64,000 bases of DNA from the human T2T-CHM13v2.0 reference genome, Homo sapiens. Position 1 is the first letter of the stretch, and each line of letters begins with the position of its first letter. A model generated the notes under the pieces. It was not told the origin of the DNA, made no database searches, and worked only from the letters and a program-made list of their open reading frames with translations. Location of the stretch: NCBI RefSeq assembly GCF_009914755.1, contig NC_060937.1; one strand, 5' to 3'. Of the stretch, positions 53,587 through 64,000 are shown piece by piece. The translations under genes and the position numbers were made by a program.

Positions 53587-54496
53587 AGGCCATTCTGAAA
53601 GTTTTGGTCATTATGGCTAAAGTGCTTCTGTCCATGTAATTCATTATAGTAATACAAATAAACACAAAAGAATATATTTTCCTAAGTGTATTTACAATCT
53701 TTTTGTTAAATAACATTTATTAAAATGGATTTTTCCAAAATAAAATTTTAAAGCTACAAATTGATGTTTTGTGTCATTAAATGAAGATCAACTATTATGG
53801 CTTCATAGCAATATCATATTTGAAATATAAAGTGTGTAAAAATGAAAAGTTTTCTAGTATTATACAAATTGTATATTTCCCTTTTTAAAAGTGTTCCAAA
53901 ATTGTTCTATTACATTAAGTACTTTGAAAATCACATTTGTGTTCTGATTTTAATAAAATGAGATTCAAAGTAAAAGAAAAGTAGATAGTGAACATTGTTG
54001 TGTGATTTTTCGTATTAGTTGCTATATAATTTAAATGCCTTGGATTGGTAAATAGACTAGTCCTGCCTTTCTCTTCATCAAAACAATTATATTAATGTGT
54101 AATGTGCTTAATATGCCAGTAGCTTTTTAAAGATAAAATTTCTATTATATGTATATGCAAATGCTTAGTTATATTATTGTCCAAGACTCAAATAAACTAT
54201 TGTTTTTGTGAAAATAAAAAATATAAATTGTTTTCCTTTCAATAAACTTTGACAACAAATGAAAGGTAACAGAATATGTTAAAGAACATCAAGAGCACAA
54301 CCTTTTTACCAGCACAATGATTAAAACATGGAATTTAATCTTATTTTCAGTTAGTTTCAAGTTTGGAAAACTGAATTTTAAATACAATGGGAGAAATGCT
54401 TTACACACTAAATCATCATTATATAGTAGCCATGTAAGACTTTCAAGAGAAAATAAAATATGCAAAAGGGAGAATGACAATCACTCCTTAAAGTCG

Positions 54497-54995
54497 TCAG
54501 CCCCAATACAGAATAAAGTCCTGTTATTTGCCGCAACATGAATTAACCTGGAGAACGTTATGTTAGGTGAAATAAGCCGGACATAGAAAGACAAACACTG
54601 CATGATCTAACTCATGTGTGGAATCTAAAAAACTTGGTTTCATAAAAGTAGAGAGCAGAATAGTTAGTAGAGTCTGTGGAGGGTTAGAGAAAGGAGAGGA
54701 CTGTCAGAGGTTAATCCACTGGTAATAAGTTAGAAAGAAGAATAAATTCTGGTTTTCTATTACACAGAAGCAAAAAGCAAGGTATATTTCAAGATAACTA
54801 GAAAAGAAGATTTTGAATATTGTCACCATAAAGAAATGATGTGTTTAAAGTGAAGATATGGTAATTACTGCAATTTGATCATTATACTATGCATACATGC
54901 ATCAAAACATCACATTGTATTCCACAAAGATGTACAATTGTTATGTGTCAATTATAAATAAAAATAAATGTAAAAAGTTAATAAATTAAAGTTTA
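54497..54995 (+). mobile_element. L1MA 3' end
   Basis: GTCCTGTTATTTGCCGCAACATG...GTGAAATAAGCC; ends ATGTACAATTGTTATGTGTCAATTATAAATAAAA. Confidence 0.85.
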
Positions 54996-56146
54996 AAAAG
55001 TTCATTGAAGAGCATTAACTAGGAGTAGGTACTTGGAAAGTACTATCAGTAGTCAGTCACACTGGAGAAAAAGTGTGCAACAGTAGTACCAGAGCAGTAA
55101 GTGCTGAGCATGTGTGTGGGCTCTGTACTTACACAATAAAACATGCACATACAAATTTTTCCTACTAAAATGATGACAAAATTATTTTACTTTTGAAATT
55201 AGAATATTTAGATTTACATATTATGTATGCTGAGCTTGTTTACATACCTATTCAAGAAATGTGACTATTTTGAATTAAACCTTTAACAATACACTGTGCA
55301 ATTATAGCACTGGTTTGAAACTGCTACAAATCTGCTTACAATTATTTTAAAATTAGTTTGCTATGTTTTATCATTTTGGGAAAAATATAATTATGTTCTA
55401 TATCTTGTAAATATATTTTTATCAGTTTTTTTCTTCTGGAAAGTCTAATAAGATTCAACTTTTTGATTAGCGTATTCATATTGTTGCAGTTGATAACTAT
55501 CTTATAAACAGCACTTAGTTTTCTTTAATTAAAAATACCCTGCCAAACATATAATAACCTGGAAGGTCACAAGATTCTGGGTGAGAAACATTAAATAATG
55601 ACTTTCAACCTAATAAATTCCATTTAAAAGTTTTGAACATCAGTGAAATCCAATAAATAGTTCTGCAGAAATCTCCACTAAAGTAAATGTTTAGGGTACT
55701 CACAGTTAGAAAACAGTGATTTAACTTAAGATCAATTTTACTTCAGAAAGTCAATGGAAGGCAGCTGAAAAAAAGCGCAATTTAATTTGTGATTAACCAT
55801 TGACCACACTTTTTTTCCTCTTTCTTGCAGTTCACCCTCTAGTCATTTCATTTTTCATTAGCACTTTCTACCAAGGATTGGGATTGGAAGAGACAGGAAA
55901 TGAAATTCACATAATCAATTAAGCACCTAATTTTCACTCCTTTACAAGGTCAGGTGGAGAAGTGACTGACATTCTTGTTTCTGCTAAATAACTCCATGTA
56001 AACTACACTTCTTGTGTGTTTATGCTATTCTGTTTGCAAGGCATTTTTTTTACTGAGAATTTCGTGGAGTAAATGTACGCATTTTTGTAGATACTTAGTT
56101 TTAATTTGTGGGACAAAATCAATTTAATGAACTTAAAAACATGTAT

Positions 56147-56359
56147 ATGAGAACACATGGACACAGGAAGGGGAACATCACACTCTGGGGACTGTTGTGG
56201 GGTGGGGGAGGGGCAAGGGATAGCATTAGGAGATATACCTAATGCTAAATGACGAGTTAATGGGTACAGTACACCAGCATGGCATATGTATACATATGTA
56301 ACTAACCTGCACATTGTGCACATGTACCCTAAAACTTAAAGTATAATAATAATAAAAAA
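56147..56359 (+). mobile_element. Short L1PA3-like 3' end
   Basis: ATGAGAACACATGGACACAGG...CACTCTGGGGAC...CCTAATGCTAAATGACGAG...CCCTAAAACTTAAAGTATAATAAT. Confidence 0.92.
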
Positions 56360-57104
56360 GTATATACTTATTTTAATATAATCAGTTTACCTCTAAGCTG
56401 TTATGTCTCTTCACCCATAAGCTGTTTATTTTAGTTCTCCCTTATCAAGATTTTACTTCCCATTTATTGTTAACTTGCTTATTTTTTCCTTTGAAAAACT
56501 CAGATTTTAAAATGTATTAAATATAAGTAATCACAGAAGAAGAAAACATATATTTGAAATTATACTTCCTATTCTATTTTCTTATGTGGAATACTTATAA
56601 ATGTCAAACTATTATAGTGAAGGGCCCATATAACCAATATGACAGAGACATTTTGTAATGGATATTGTGAACTTGTGCGCTGTTGTCTCACAGATAGTGA
56701 ATACTTCTCTGATGATATAATTTCCCCCTTTGCACAATGAGAATACTTTAAAGATATATTACATTCTCAACATTGACTTCTTTCATTATTTTAATATGAA
56801 AGTCAAAGAAGTTTAATTAATGGCAGTCATTTTGTAGAAAGGTGTAGAGTTTAGATTTATTTTTAAATACAAAATTGCTATTTAGAAAACTGATTTTGTT
56901 CTTCGTTGAATAAAACAGAAATTTAGAAACATTTACTAGACAGTTTGTACGTGTTACTTATTTTGGCTCTGAAATGGCTCCAACTGTAAATGCCCATACA
57001 TAATTTTATAACTAATAAAATATGTTTTCATTTCTTTAATATTTACAACACACATACATAAGACTGTTCAATCTGAAAATGTGAATTTTAATTAAATAGG
57101 AAAC

Positions 57105-57350
57105 AACATGCAGAGTAGTTAATTACTCAAATTCTGGAACACTAGACCACCTGGGTTCAAGCCTAATTCTACCTAGTCATGTGATCTTGGGCAAATTATT
57201 TAAATTATTTGTGCCTCAGTGGTGGTGTTGGTTAAATGGGGTTACTAATTCTATCTCCTAAATTGCTGGGAGGATTGCATAAATTAATACATGTAACATT
57301 CCTAGATATTGTTTGGCACATGGTAAACACTAAATTATGATTATCCATCA
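57105..57350 (+). mobile_element. MIR SINE
   Basis: CCTGGGTTCAAGCC, GTGATCTTGGGCAAATTATTTAA...GTGCCTCAGT, TTTGGCACATGGTAAACACT. Confidence 0.8.
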
Positions 57351-58378
57351 TTATCAGTATTATTGGTATTATTTGTGGTAGTATTATGAAATGGCTAAAT
57401 CAAAAGCTTTTAAAAGCACGTCATTAAATTAATTTTAATGTAATATTACTACCAGAGGCTTGACGCAAAAAACAAATGTAAGAACTATTTTAAAAATAAA
57501 ATGTAAAATGGCACATTTCTTGCCATTAAATTAAGTTCCAGAAAATATTAATCTCTTACCTTATTCATTTGAATGGGACCGCAAATATTAGTAGATATAT
57601 TATGATCTTTACTATTCCATATATTTTCATTATTCATTTTCTCCCATTGTAAAATGTTATGTAGAAAAATAAAAGCTAAAATTCCCAGGCAAGTAATCTC
57701 TCATCAATTGAAAAAATGTTTAACTTCCTGGGTTTCATTCTTCCCCAAACCAAGTCACTTTTGCCTGGTCAGTGAAGATCATAACCTCAGAACACCGGGG
57801 AACCATATACGGCGTTACTCTAGTGCTGCTCCAGCACTAACTGCCATTTTTATTGTGTAACATATAGCCATGGAGAGAACATGGCTCATTAATACTTTTC
57901 ACTTATTATGCAGTGACATAATCCAGATTATTATTTTACTACTTAAAAGACCTCAGTGAGTTCTTTCAGTGAAATCAAAACAAAATATTTGCACTTCTTT
58001 AATATATTTGGAATATGCCTCTAGTTGATAAAACAAAGGAATTTGGGGGTATGCTCACTGTACGACATATACTACAGCAAAGCTTTTCTGTTTTCTTGGA
58101 ATGGCATTTCATAGACTTATACAAGATCAACTTATTTGAGAATGTATCATATCAGACACAGATTACCCTCATTTGAAGCTACCAAAATGTTTCGGTACAT
58201 TCTGCCCCTGATGTACTTCTTTTTGATATAGCATACTCATTTTCCATTGCACTCCATGTTATACAAATAGCATTTATTTTAAACCAGATATTTTAAATTT
58301 AAATATAATATTATGGAGACATAAACTGAACATTTTCTAATAAAACGATTTTTTTTTATTTAAAAAATACGATAATAG

Positions 58379-58510
58379 GGCTTGGCATGGTGACTCACAC
58401 CTATAATCCCAGCAGGAGGGAGGCTGAAGCAAGAGGTTCTCTTCAGGCCAGGGGTTTGAGACTAGCCTGGGCAACATAGTGAGACCTCATCTCTACCAAA
58501 AAGAAAAAAC

Positions 58511-58547
<37 letters not shown>

Positions 58548-58725
58548 TATTTTAGAATTATCTGGCTGGGGTGGTATATGTCTGTATTCCCAGGCACTCC
58601 AAAGGCTGAGGCAGGAGGATCACTTGAGTCCAAGAGTTTGAGGCTGCAGTGAGCCATGATCGCATCACTATACTCCAGCTTGTCTCTAATAAACAAATAA
58701 ATAAATAATCAAAATAAATAAAAAG
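58379..58725 (+). mobile_element. AluJ with (AT)n expansion in the central linker
   Basis: GGAGGATCACTTGAGTCCAAGAGTTTGAGGCTGCAGTGAGCCATGATC; degenerate TSD AAAATACGATAATA / AAAATATGATAGTA. Confidence 0.9.
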
Positions 58726-59895
58726 AAAATATGATAGTAACTTGATCAAGATGTAACATGATATATTGAATATTAAAAATTCAGAACAGTTTTTTAATTG
58801 TTTCCAAGTAAGTGACTTTTATATAGGAAATTCTTTAGACATAATTATATTAACTACTCTTAATGGTTACTGAAATTGTGATAATTACTCACACATTATA
58901 TAATTTTTTAAAATAATTCTTTCATGATTATCATTTAGTAATGTGGAGAGCAAACAATATTAATTAAATTTTAAAAAACCTCAGTTAACTGGGAGATTGT
59001 ATCATTTATAATTCAAACCTCAGTCAAACAACATACCCAAAAAACCTGCATGCGTGCCTTCTGAATCTAAAATAAAATATAATATTGTTTTTAAATATAA
59101 TTTTTTGACATGTCCCTTTAGGATGAAGGGTACAATGGTATTAGCCATTGTTATCAGCGGGAATAAAATTTATATAATGCTTATTTTGATTTACAAATAT
59201 TAGTACAGGTACAACAGCAAAAACAATACTGAATTATCAAAGCTTATTAAAGTTCTGTGATGGAAATGAGTCAGAGAAGAAGGCCTTGTTTAGCTTAACA
59301 CATTAATAAATCATTTGGTTTATAAACATGGGCCCTAAGTCTAATATGGAGTAGACTTAAAATTGAAAACTGAAATTGCCTTAAATAATAAGATATGATG
59401 TTCCTTCTCAAAGCATGATATAGGTAAGCTTGAAAAATAAAAGAGTAGAGATTGCCAGAGATCCCAACACACAGCCCACATGACAGGTCTAAGAAGCAGT
59501 GGGCTGAAACAACTTTTAAGACCATAATGTCAAATATTCTATTTTTAGGGAATTTTGTTACATAAAGTAAAAATGTCTCTGTTACTTCAAGCTTTCAGTA
59601 AAACCGTGTTACCAATTGAATGTCTTGTGTAAGCAGAAATCTCTTTGAGAAAATCAAAGAAAAGGTGAGGAGTTACACGTATTTGGAATCTGCTTCTCTG
59701 CCTCTAGCTATATGATTTAAAGATGAACCCCTATCCCGACCACACTTAAACATCTACCCATAGGAGAGAAATGCAGTAACAACTGAGTGATAAGCAGAAG
59801 ACTATGAATAAACTTAACAGCACATAAGCATTAAAATTTTACAGAACAAGTAAGGAAAGTAAATCTCCCTGTAAATAGAGAGAGTTGATAGCTCA

Positions 59896-59944
59896 TAGGT
59901 AGGTAGGTAGGTAGTTAGGTAGGTAGGTAGGTAGGTACGTAGAT
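59896..59944. repeat. (TAGG)n tetranucleotide microsatellite
   Basis: Direct reading; TAGT and TACG interruptions. Confidence 0.95.
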
Positions 59945-62009
59945 AGAGAGATAAAGAGTTTTATTTGTTGTTGTTTCAAAAGTTTCTTTCTTGCAAATTT
60001 TTAGACTGAAATGAATATGTCTTTGCATTAATAACACATTGGCCAGTTCAATTAAGAAATATATAGCAAAAATTTGCTTTGAAGAAAAAAGCATTGTAGC
60101 AATAGAACATGTATATAAAATTTTTTTAGAAAGAGCAACAAGGTAGACTTTATACAATAAATTTGGTTAGGCATGTTTTTAATTTCTAGCTAATAGAATT
60201 TATGAAATAAAAAAGCGCATTTAAAATTCACTGAAGCTGGCTTTATAAAATTACCAGGGGTGCTGCAGGCTTAGTTACTCATTTTTGTTAATTCATTCTA
60301 GTTTCATTGCTTCCCTTTATTTACGTCCTCTACATTGCACTGTTTCACCAGACAGTGATTATGAAGTTTGGCTAAAGACATCTGGATAGAGTGAGCCTCA
60401 AGAGAAAATGCCATAAACTGGTTCCTAAAGTAGAAACATCATGTAAATAGCACCCCTTCCTGAATACTATGATAATGAAGTATATTATAGTTGCAGCACA
60501 TGAAATCTACACAATCTGGATACAGATAGTATTTATGTAGCAAATAGAGCACTAGTGTAGTTGTTACTGGTTTCCAAATGATTGCAGTGTGATTATTCTA
60601 TTGTTTTGTTGCCCAATATTGTGAAGTCTTCCCTATGCTATTTTTGTCTGAAGTTGTAAATTGTGCATAATCATAAATGAATAAATGAATATTTTTAGAA
60701 ATGGAAGTATCACAGGCATTTCAAGCACATTTCATGCTGAATGTAAGAATAATCAATTGGATACAAATGTAGATGGTCGAGAAATTATATCTGAGTATCC
60801 TGTGGTGCAGTTAAGTGAGCATTACTTTCTTATTACAAGGTTTGTTTGGCTGGTTGAACGAAGAACCAAATTGTGCTTATAGGATCAGCAATTCCTTCTA
60901 TCCCCTGTTCTTTTTGAGTTCAGGAAACTTTAGCATAGAAGCTTTATTTTTGTAACTGAAGGAGAACAGTGGTTTTCTTCAACATGAGGAGTAGCTATGA
61001 ATAGAAGACAGAGTTAAGATCATAGTATTGCTTCCATCCCACCCACGATCCCCACCACGTCAGAAACAGGTTTGAATCCTTATGGTTGCAAGAGTGAATA
61101 TAGTGAGATGATGAAACAATTCAAGAGATACTTGGTATAGTCTGGGCACAATCATGAAGTCTGACAAAGTGTGATCAGCACTGGAGCAGAACCCCTCTTC
61201 CCAAGTTTCAAGGGATTAAAAGGGCTGCTCAGATATAAGACAAGTTAGCCCCTTTGGCAATGTCTGGCAAGTACTATTTGTTTGAATATCAACATTCATG
61301 ACTGGTGACAATGAAAACAAAATTTTCCCAAGTCATTCTGATGTGAACAGGTAAGGAAGAAGAAAGAGTAATTGCCCTGTGAATGCAATTGAAAAAGTTG
61401 TTCTGTAACACATGTGAAGCACTACTTTATTGACAACAAAATGAAATAATTGAGAATTTGGGGAGGATCTGTAGTCCTGCTATTATAAAAATAGAAGCTA
61501 TTTTAAGCAGCAAACACCTGGCTTCTGTTCTTTAGGTAATATTGTTACTGGTACAAGCAGTATGTGTATGCTGGTGGGGAAGAATAAGGAAAATGAAGGA
61601 AGGAAACTTTAGCTTAAGCTATACATTTTCTCTTATTTTGCCAAAAAACTTGATCAATCTTTATGTCATAAAACTTGATTTTTTTCAAGCTTCAGAGAAA
61701 TTTGTTATTCTTTACCTTATCTCTAAAAGTTTAAAAGTAAAAAAATTAACTGAGAATGGGTAGCATTGACACCACATTTTATTAATAATCTCTGCCTTGT
61801 TAATCAAGTGAGCTTACAGAAGCAGCTTACTCATTACTCTCCTCATTTCACATTAATACAAGTGAGAAAAATAAAAGGACAGGATAAAAGAAAACATCAC
61901 ATATATAAAAGTCAAATTCCATGTTAAAAGCATACATATCATAAAAAAAGACCTCTTAGGAATACTCATAAGTTCAAAACTTCAACATTTTTAAAGTTAC
62001 TCTCTTTTC

Positions 62010-62212
62010 TTTTTTTTATTATGCTTTAAGTTTTAGGGTAAATGTGCACAACATGCAGGTTAGTTACATACATATACATGTGCCATGTTGGTGTGCTGCA
62101 CCTAGTAACTCATCATTTAACATTAGGTCTATCTCCAAATGCTAACCCCCACCCCCCCGCCCCACACAGGCCCCAGTGTGCGATGTTCCCCTTCCTGTGT
62201 CCATGTGTTCTC
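62010..62212 (-). mobile_element. Short L1PA4/5-like 3' end with TSD
   Basis: TTTTTTATTATGCTTTAAGTTTTAGGGTA...CCTGTGTCCATGTGTTCTC; TSD TCTCTTTTC at 62001-62009 and 62209-62217. Confidence 0.92.
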
Positions 62213-62399
62213 TTTTCAATTGGCAGATTTTAGTAAATTGATAAAGCTTATAACTTGGGATCAATTCCATTTTACTATAACTTATTTTACTAGAGGCCAA
62301 GTTTGGGTTACTCCACTCTTATTATTCCTTTGGAAGATTACTCATCTTTCTACCTTCCTCCCATTGCCTCCTCTTAAATGTGGACCAAATGTAAATCTA

Positions 62400-62830
62400 T
62401 GTCTTCAATATAACCTTAAACCCTAGGCAGAGTGATTGGATTCAGGATGGGCAGTTACAACTCTCAGTATTTCTAGCCAGGGTAATTTTTGGCCAGTTCG
62501 ACTAGGACAAGCAGCATCCTTACTGGGATTCCTAGGTAAGCAGAATGGAGGGAAATGTGAATTTCTGTAGAGTGCTGAAGCTGAAAGTCATTTGCCAGAA
62601 ACCATAAGCTCAGCAAGAAGCAGAAAGTCTATCTCTAATAGGAGACAGAAGATTACATTAACAGAGAAAACCATAGAGTACTGAAACCACCTTCTCCCTA
62701 GTCCTAGTTCTCTCTGAGGCTAGCTTCCATTCTACGATACTCAGAGCTTGGTCACACAAACAAGTATATTTCTCTTTTTGCTTAGGTTGGTTCTAGTTGG
62801 ATTACTGTCACATGCAAAGAGCACAGAATG
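62400..62830 (+). mobile_element. Old ERVL LTR (LTR33/LTR16-like)
   Basis: AGTGATTGGATTCAGGATGGGC; 3' end TTTTTGCTTAGGTTGGTTCTAGTTGGATTACTGTCACATGCAA. Confidence 0.55.
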
Positions 62831-64000
62831 GGTCACGGGTTTTCAGTGCTGCTTAACTAATAAAAGAAGAAATGATGAAAAGAAAATACAATTTTGGATA
62901 CAAAATGTGTAGGCCCCTCCAAGAAAATAAAGCACATGTGAAAATAAAGTGGATAAACATAAAATTATGAATGTATAATTTGAAAACTACATGAAGCCTG
63001 TATTTTAACTTTAAAATTACATATAGTTTATTTAGTAAACTATCTACATCATTAATAAAGATGTTCTTACTACTTAATTCTGCCCACCTTTATTTGCCTT
63101 ATAATTATTATATTTAGTATTTTTGTCTTTATTCCTTTATGCAATGGACAATCTTATAGAGAATGTAACAAAAATAATTTATACTTGATATTTATGTAAG
63201 AATTGAAATGAAGGAGTTTTTGTAAAGCTGAGATAAAATAGTCAATGTAGACATATTTATTTGGAAGTAAAATAAAAATACAATGAGCAAAGTTTTTGAA
63301 AATTTAATGCTATGAAACAAAGATCAAAAGAGGGCACTATTTCTCATTGATTTTTTTACTGCTTATGAAGACATTCAAAATATCACACTGGCAAGCTTTA
63401 CTGATTTCTTGCAAAAGTTTGTTGATTTTCTCTAAAGTCTAGTTATATATATTTAAAATTCTGTTGCAAACCTATAATCTACAATTTAAACATAGTATCT
63501 TTTATAATATATGGTAATTGGGTGCTGCTTTACATGTGGTATACATATGTTGTTATCACTATACCCTTAGCAATAATATTTAGATTAGTGGCTTAGAAAC
63601 AAAGTGAGGAGAAAATATATAACCCTATAGAAGTAAAAATGATGTTTACAGATTGTAAGAGCTTGTCATTTATAGTTAGATGTGATTTATAATCTAACCT
63701 AAACACCTTTCATTGCAATTTCACATGAAACAATACATAGAAATTCAAATAAAGGCTGCTATAATTATATCATACTCTAAAGCATTCTCAATATTATATA
63801 TTACAGTCTACATCTTTTCAACTTATTTTTCTTTGATTTTTCAGGCAAATAGAATGCTTTTTATTTCTACACAACTATGATGGTTTTGCTAAATGCTAGT
63901 AAATCTTGAGTCACCATTTTCATTTTCTTTAGTGGGAAAATGCTGTTCCTGGATTATTTTAATTTAGCTACCTCATGTTCTGCCACCACCCTCTTTTCAT

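Noticed and set aside
59896-59944. Telomere-like repeat
   Set aside because: The unit is TAGG, an ordinary tetranucleotide STR, not TTAGGG.
61200-61356. Coding exon ending at donor CAG|GTAAGG
   Set aside because: All three frames contain stops upstream and no convincing acceptor was found.

Overview
This is AT-rich, CpG-depleted primate (most likely human) nuclear DNA with no CpG island and no recognisable host protein-coding gene, so it is deep intronic or gene-desert sequence. It is dominated by interspersed repeats of many ages: L1 (L1M/L1MA/L1MC/L1PB/L1PA), Alu (J, S and one very young AluYi6-type copy), L2/MIR, solo LTRs (MLT1, MLT2, MER4, MER34, MER41, LTR33-like) and DNA transposon fossils (Hsmar2, MER63, MER5). 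The supplied ORFs are repeat-derived or chance ORFs; only decayed L1 ORF1p/ORF2p and Hsmar2 transposase fragments are recognisable. I found no evidence of a new biological system. The notable items are mechanistic footprints of retrotransposition and recent mutation: a young AluYi6 with a perfect TSD inside a MER4 LTR, a twin-primed inverted L1, a short putative L1 3' transduction, an Alu target site used twice, three short tandem duplications, and one plausible unannotated-looking + strand exon. Repeat subfamily names come from recalled consensus sequences and should be confirmed with RepeatMasker/Dfam. Boundaries of old repeats are approximate.
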